From Eledone cirrhosa (lineage: Eukaryota), in assembly GCA_964016885.1 (NCBI GenBank), contig OZ024749.1, forward strand, positions 4,340,001 to 4,404,000: a stretch of 64,000 bases of DNA, given 5' to 3'. The position numbers and the translations under genes are program-made. Position 1 is the first letter of the stretch; each line of letters opens with the position of its first letter. This document shows, one piece after another, positions 62,338 through 64,000 of the stretch. The notes beneath the pieces were generated by a model. It made no database searches. It was given only the letters and a program-made list of their open reading frames with translations, and was not told the DNA's origin.

Positions 62338-62534
62338 CTTTGTATATATATATATATGTAGAAGTGGTTATATAACAGTTAGTTCCTGCGCATGCGCAGA
62401 AATGATCATTTCACAGAGGCAATACTAAATAGTGTGAGAGGTGTAAGGGAGATAATTGCGAAAGCCCGAAAGTTTCTAGTTGATAAGACAATTAGGATGT
62501 TGTTGTAATTCAAACGCGGCTTTGTAGTTATGTA

Positions 62535-62770
62535 AGAGGTGTTTCCAGACGTGTGGATAGCGTGTGAAGAATTCAATATTTGAATTTAGGCACTCACTAT
62601 TGTGTAAACTCTTTAGAATATGTATTCATTCATCAATACATAGTCCACACGACGGATTGCCCCTTGCGTATAGCTTGGACTTAGTGATGGCTTTCCATTG
62701 AATGGAGTAGTCGATACTTGAGTCCTTGAGGGACCATACGTGGTTCGCGAGTTTCGGGTACCTAAAGGTA
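62535..62770 (-). pseudogene. C-terminal remnant of a PLE GIY-YIG endonuclease (absent from the ORF track)
   Basis: Manual minus-strand translation: LANHVWSLKDSSIDYSIQWKAITKSKLYARGNPSCGLCIDE*IHILKS...CLNSNIEFF, homologous to the ends of the other PLE ORFs. Confidence 0.7.
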
Positions 62771-63797
62771 TATTTCAAGCGATCATATTTATTTACTAAA
62801 TATTATATATATATAAATACATAATCGGAGAAGGCTAAAAGCGAGACTCCGGCCAAATTCAAACTCACTCAACAAACATTAGGAAATATCTGAGTATATT
62901 CCCAATTAAACGTTTGGGGTGCTAACTATATTGTATTGTGTGGATAATTGGCTGTATTATTTCATATGAGATATATCACATATATAATTTCCCAAACGAC
63001 TCGTTTCATTATAAGATTTCTACAAGTTGGGTGAAATTATACCAAGTTAAGTAGAAGCTTGTATAAGATCAACAGATGCTTATTCAAGTGGGTACTTATA
63101 AATCTTCAGCGGATAATCACCATCAGTGATGGAGGGGACTGCTAGGTTGTTAGTCCAGCAGTTCTAAAGAAAATCTCACACTGTCCCGAAAATGGGAGGA
63201 AGGAGGCTACCGCCAAAAACAATACATGCGCAGGTCGTTGAACTCTGACAAGAATTCGAGCCACGTGCTAAGAACTCAATTGGATGTGAAAAAATAACCA
63301 TATGTGCACATCGCTTTATGACACATATAGATATTTTCTCGGGCAAAATAACAGAACAAATTACCAGAACAAACAATCAATATTCATATACAAAATAAAC
63401 AAAGAGAGTCATACCTTATATCGGGAAAGTTCATTTCTGTTGCTCAATGAGTATATATATATAATATTCAGTGAATAAATATTATCGCTTAAAATATAAC
63501 TCAGAGAAGCCTATAAATACAAATATAGAGACATCACAAATAAGGTTCACAATTGACGAAGGGGAAGGTCAATATAAAGAATACTAAAATAAGTAACCTC
63601 ACCACCGCATCGCTTGAAGCAAGACATTTTTTTATATCCTCTAATTGTAGATTCGCAATTTGGAATAACAGAATCAGCCATCTCAATTAATCAAGATGGC
63701 TAATTACCACCAGAAATGGACCTGTTATTTTTATCTAAAGACATGTTTTTCATTTCCAAGCCACCCGTCCCCTCAATCTATCTTATTTCTCATTCTT

Positions 63798-63833
63798 CCT
63801 TCTGATGAAGGACTAGCGACCGAAACATTAAGA
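63798..63833 (+). ncRNA. Minimal hammerhead, family H (degenerate)
   Basis: ctt-CTGATGA-A-GG..CC-GAAA-CATT-aag. Paralogue of 20677-20712. Confidence 0.45.
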
Positions 63834-63924
63834 CCCTCTTCCTGCTATATCTTGCATTAACCTAATATATCCCTTCCATATACTGTTCCGATTGTGTTGT
63901 TATTTCTGTTTACCTTTTACATAC

Positions 63925-64000
<76 letters not shown>

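Overview
This is AT-rich eukaryotic (animal) DNA dominated by (TA)n/(CA)n microsatellites. The repeat content, especially the SINE types, suggests a cephalopod such as Octopus; this is inference. No intact host gene is recognisable, and nearly all ORF-track entries (IYIY/CVCV) are microsatellite artefacts. Interpretable content: five decayed or truncated Penelope-like retroelement (PLE) RT/GIY-YIG fragments, three of them with the inverted-terminal architecture; two pieces of one CR1/L2-type LINE; an RTE-like remnant; and several tRNA-derived SINEs, some with TSDs. The main hidden signal, found by reading both strands, is about 31 type I hammerhead ribozyme (HHR) motifs in about 11 sequence families. 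They include a 546-bp head-to-tail tandem array with one HHR per unit (retrozyme-like), an HHR with a ~115-nt stem II, two families with recurrent non-canonical cores (CCGANGA, CUGAGAA), and many fold-back palindromes nested in (TA)n tracts. Folds were assigned by eye and none has been tested for activity.
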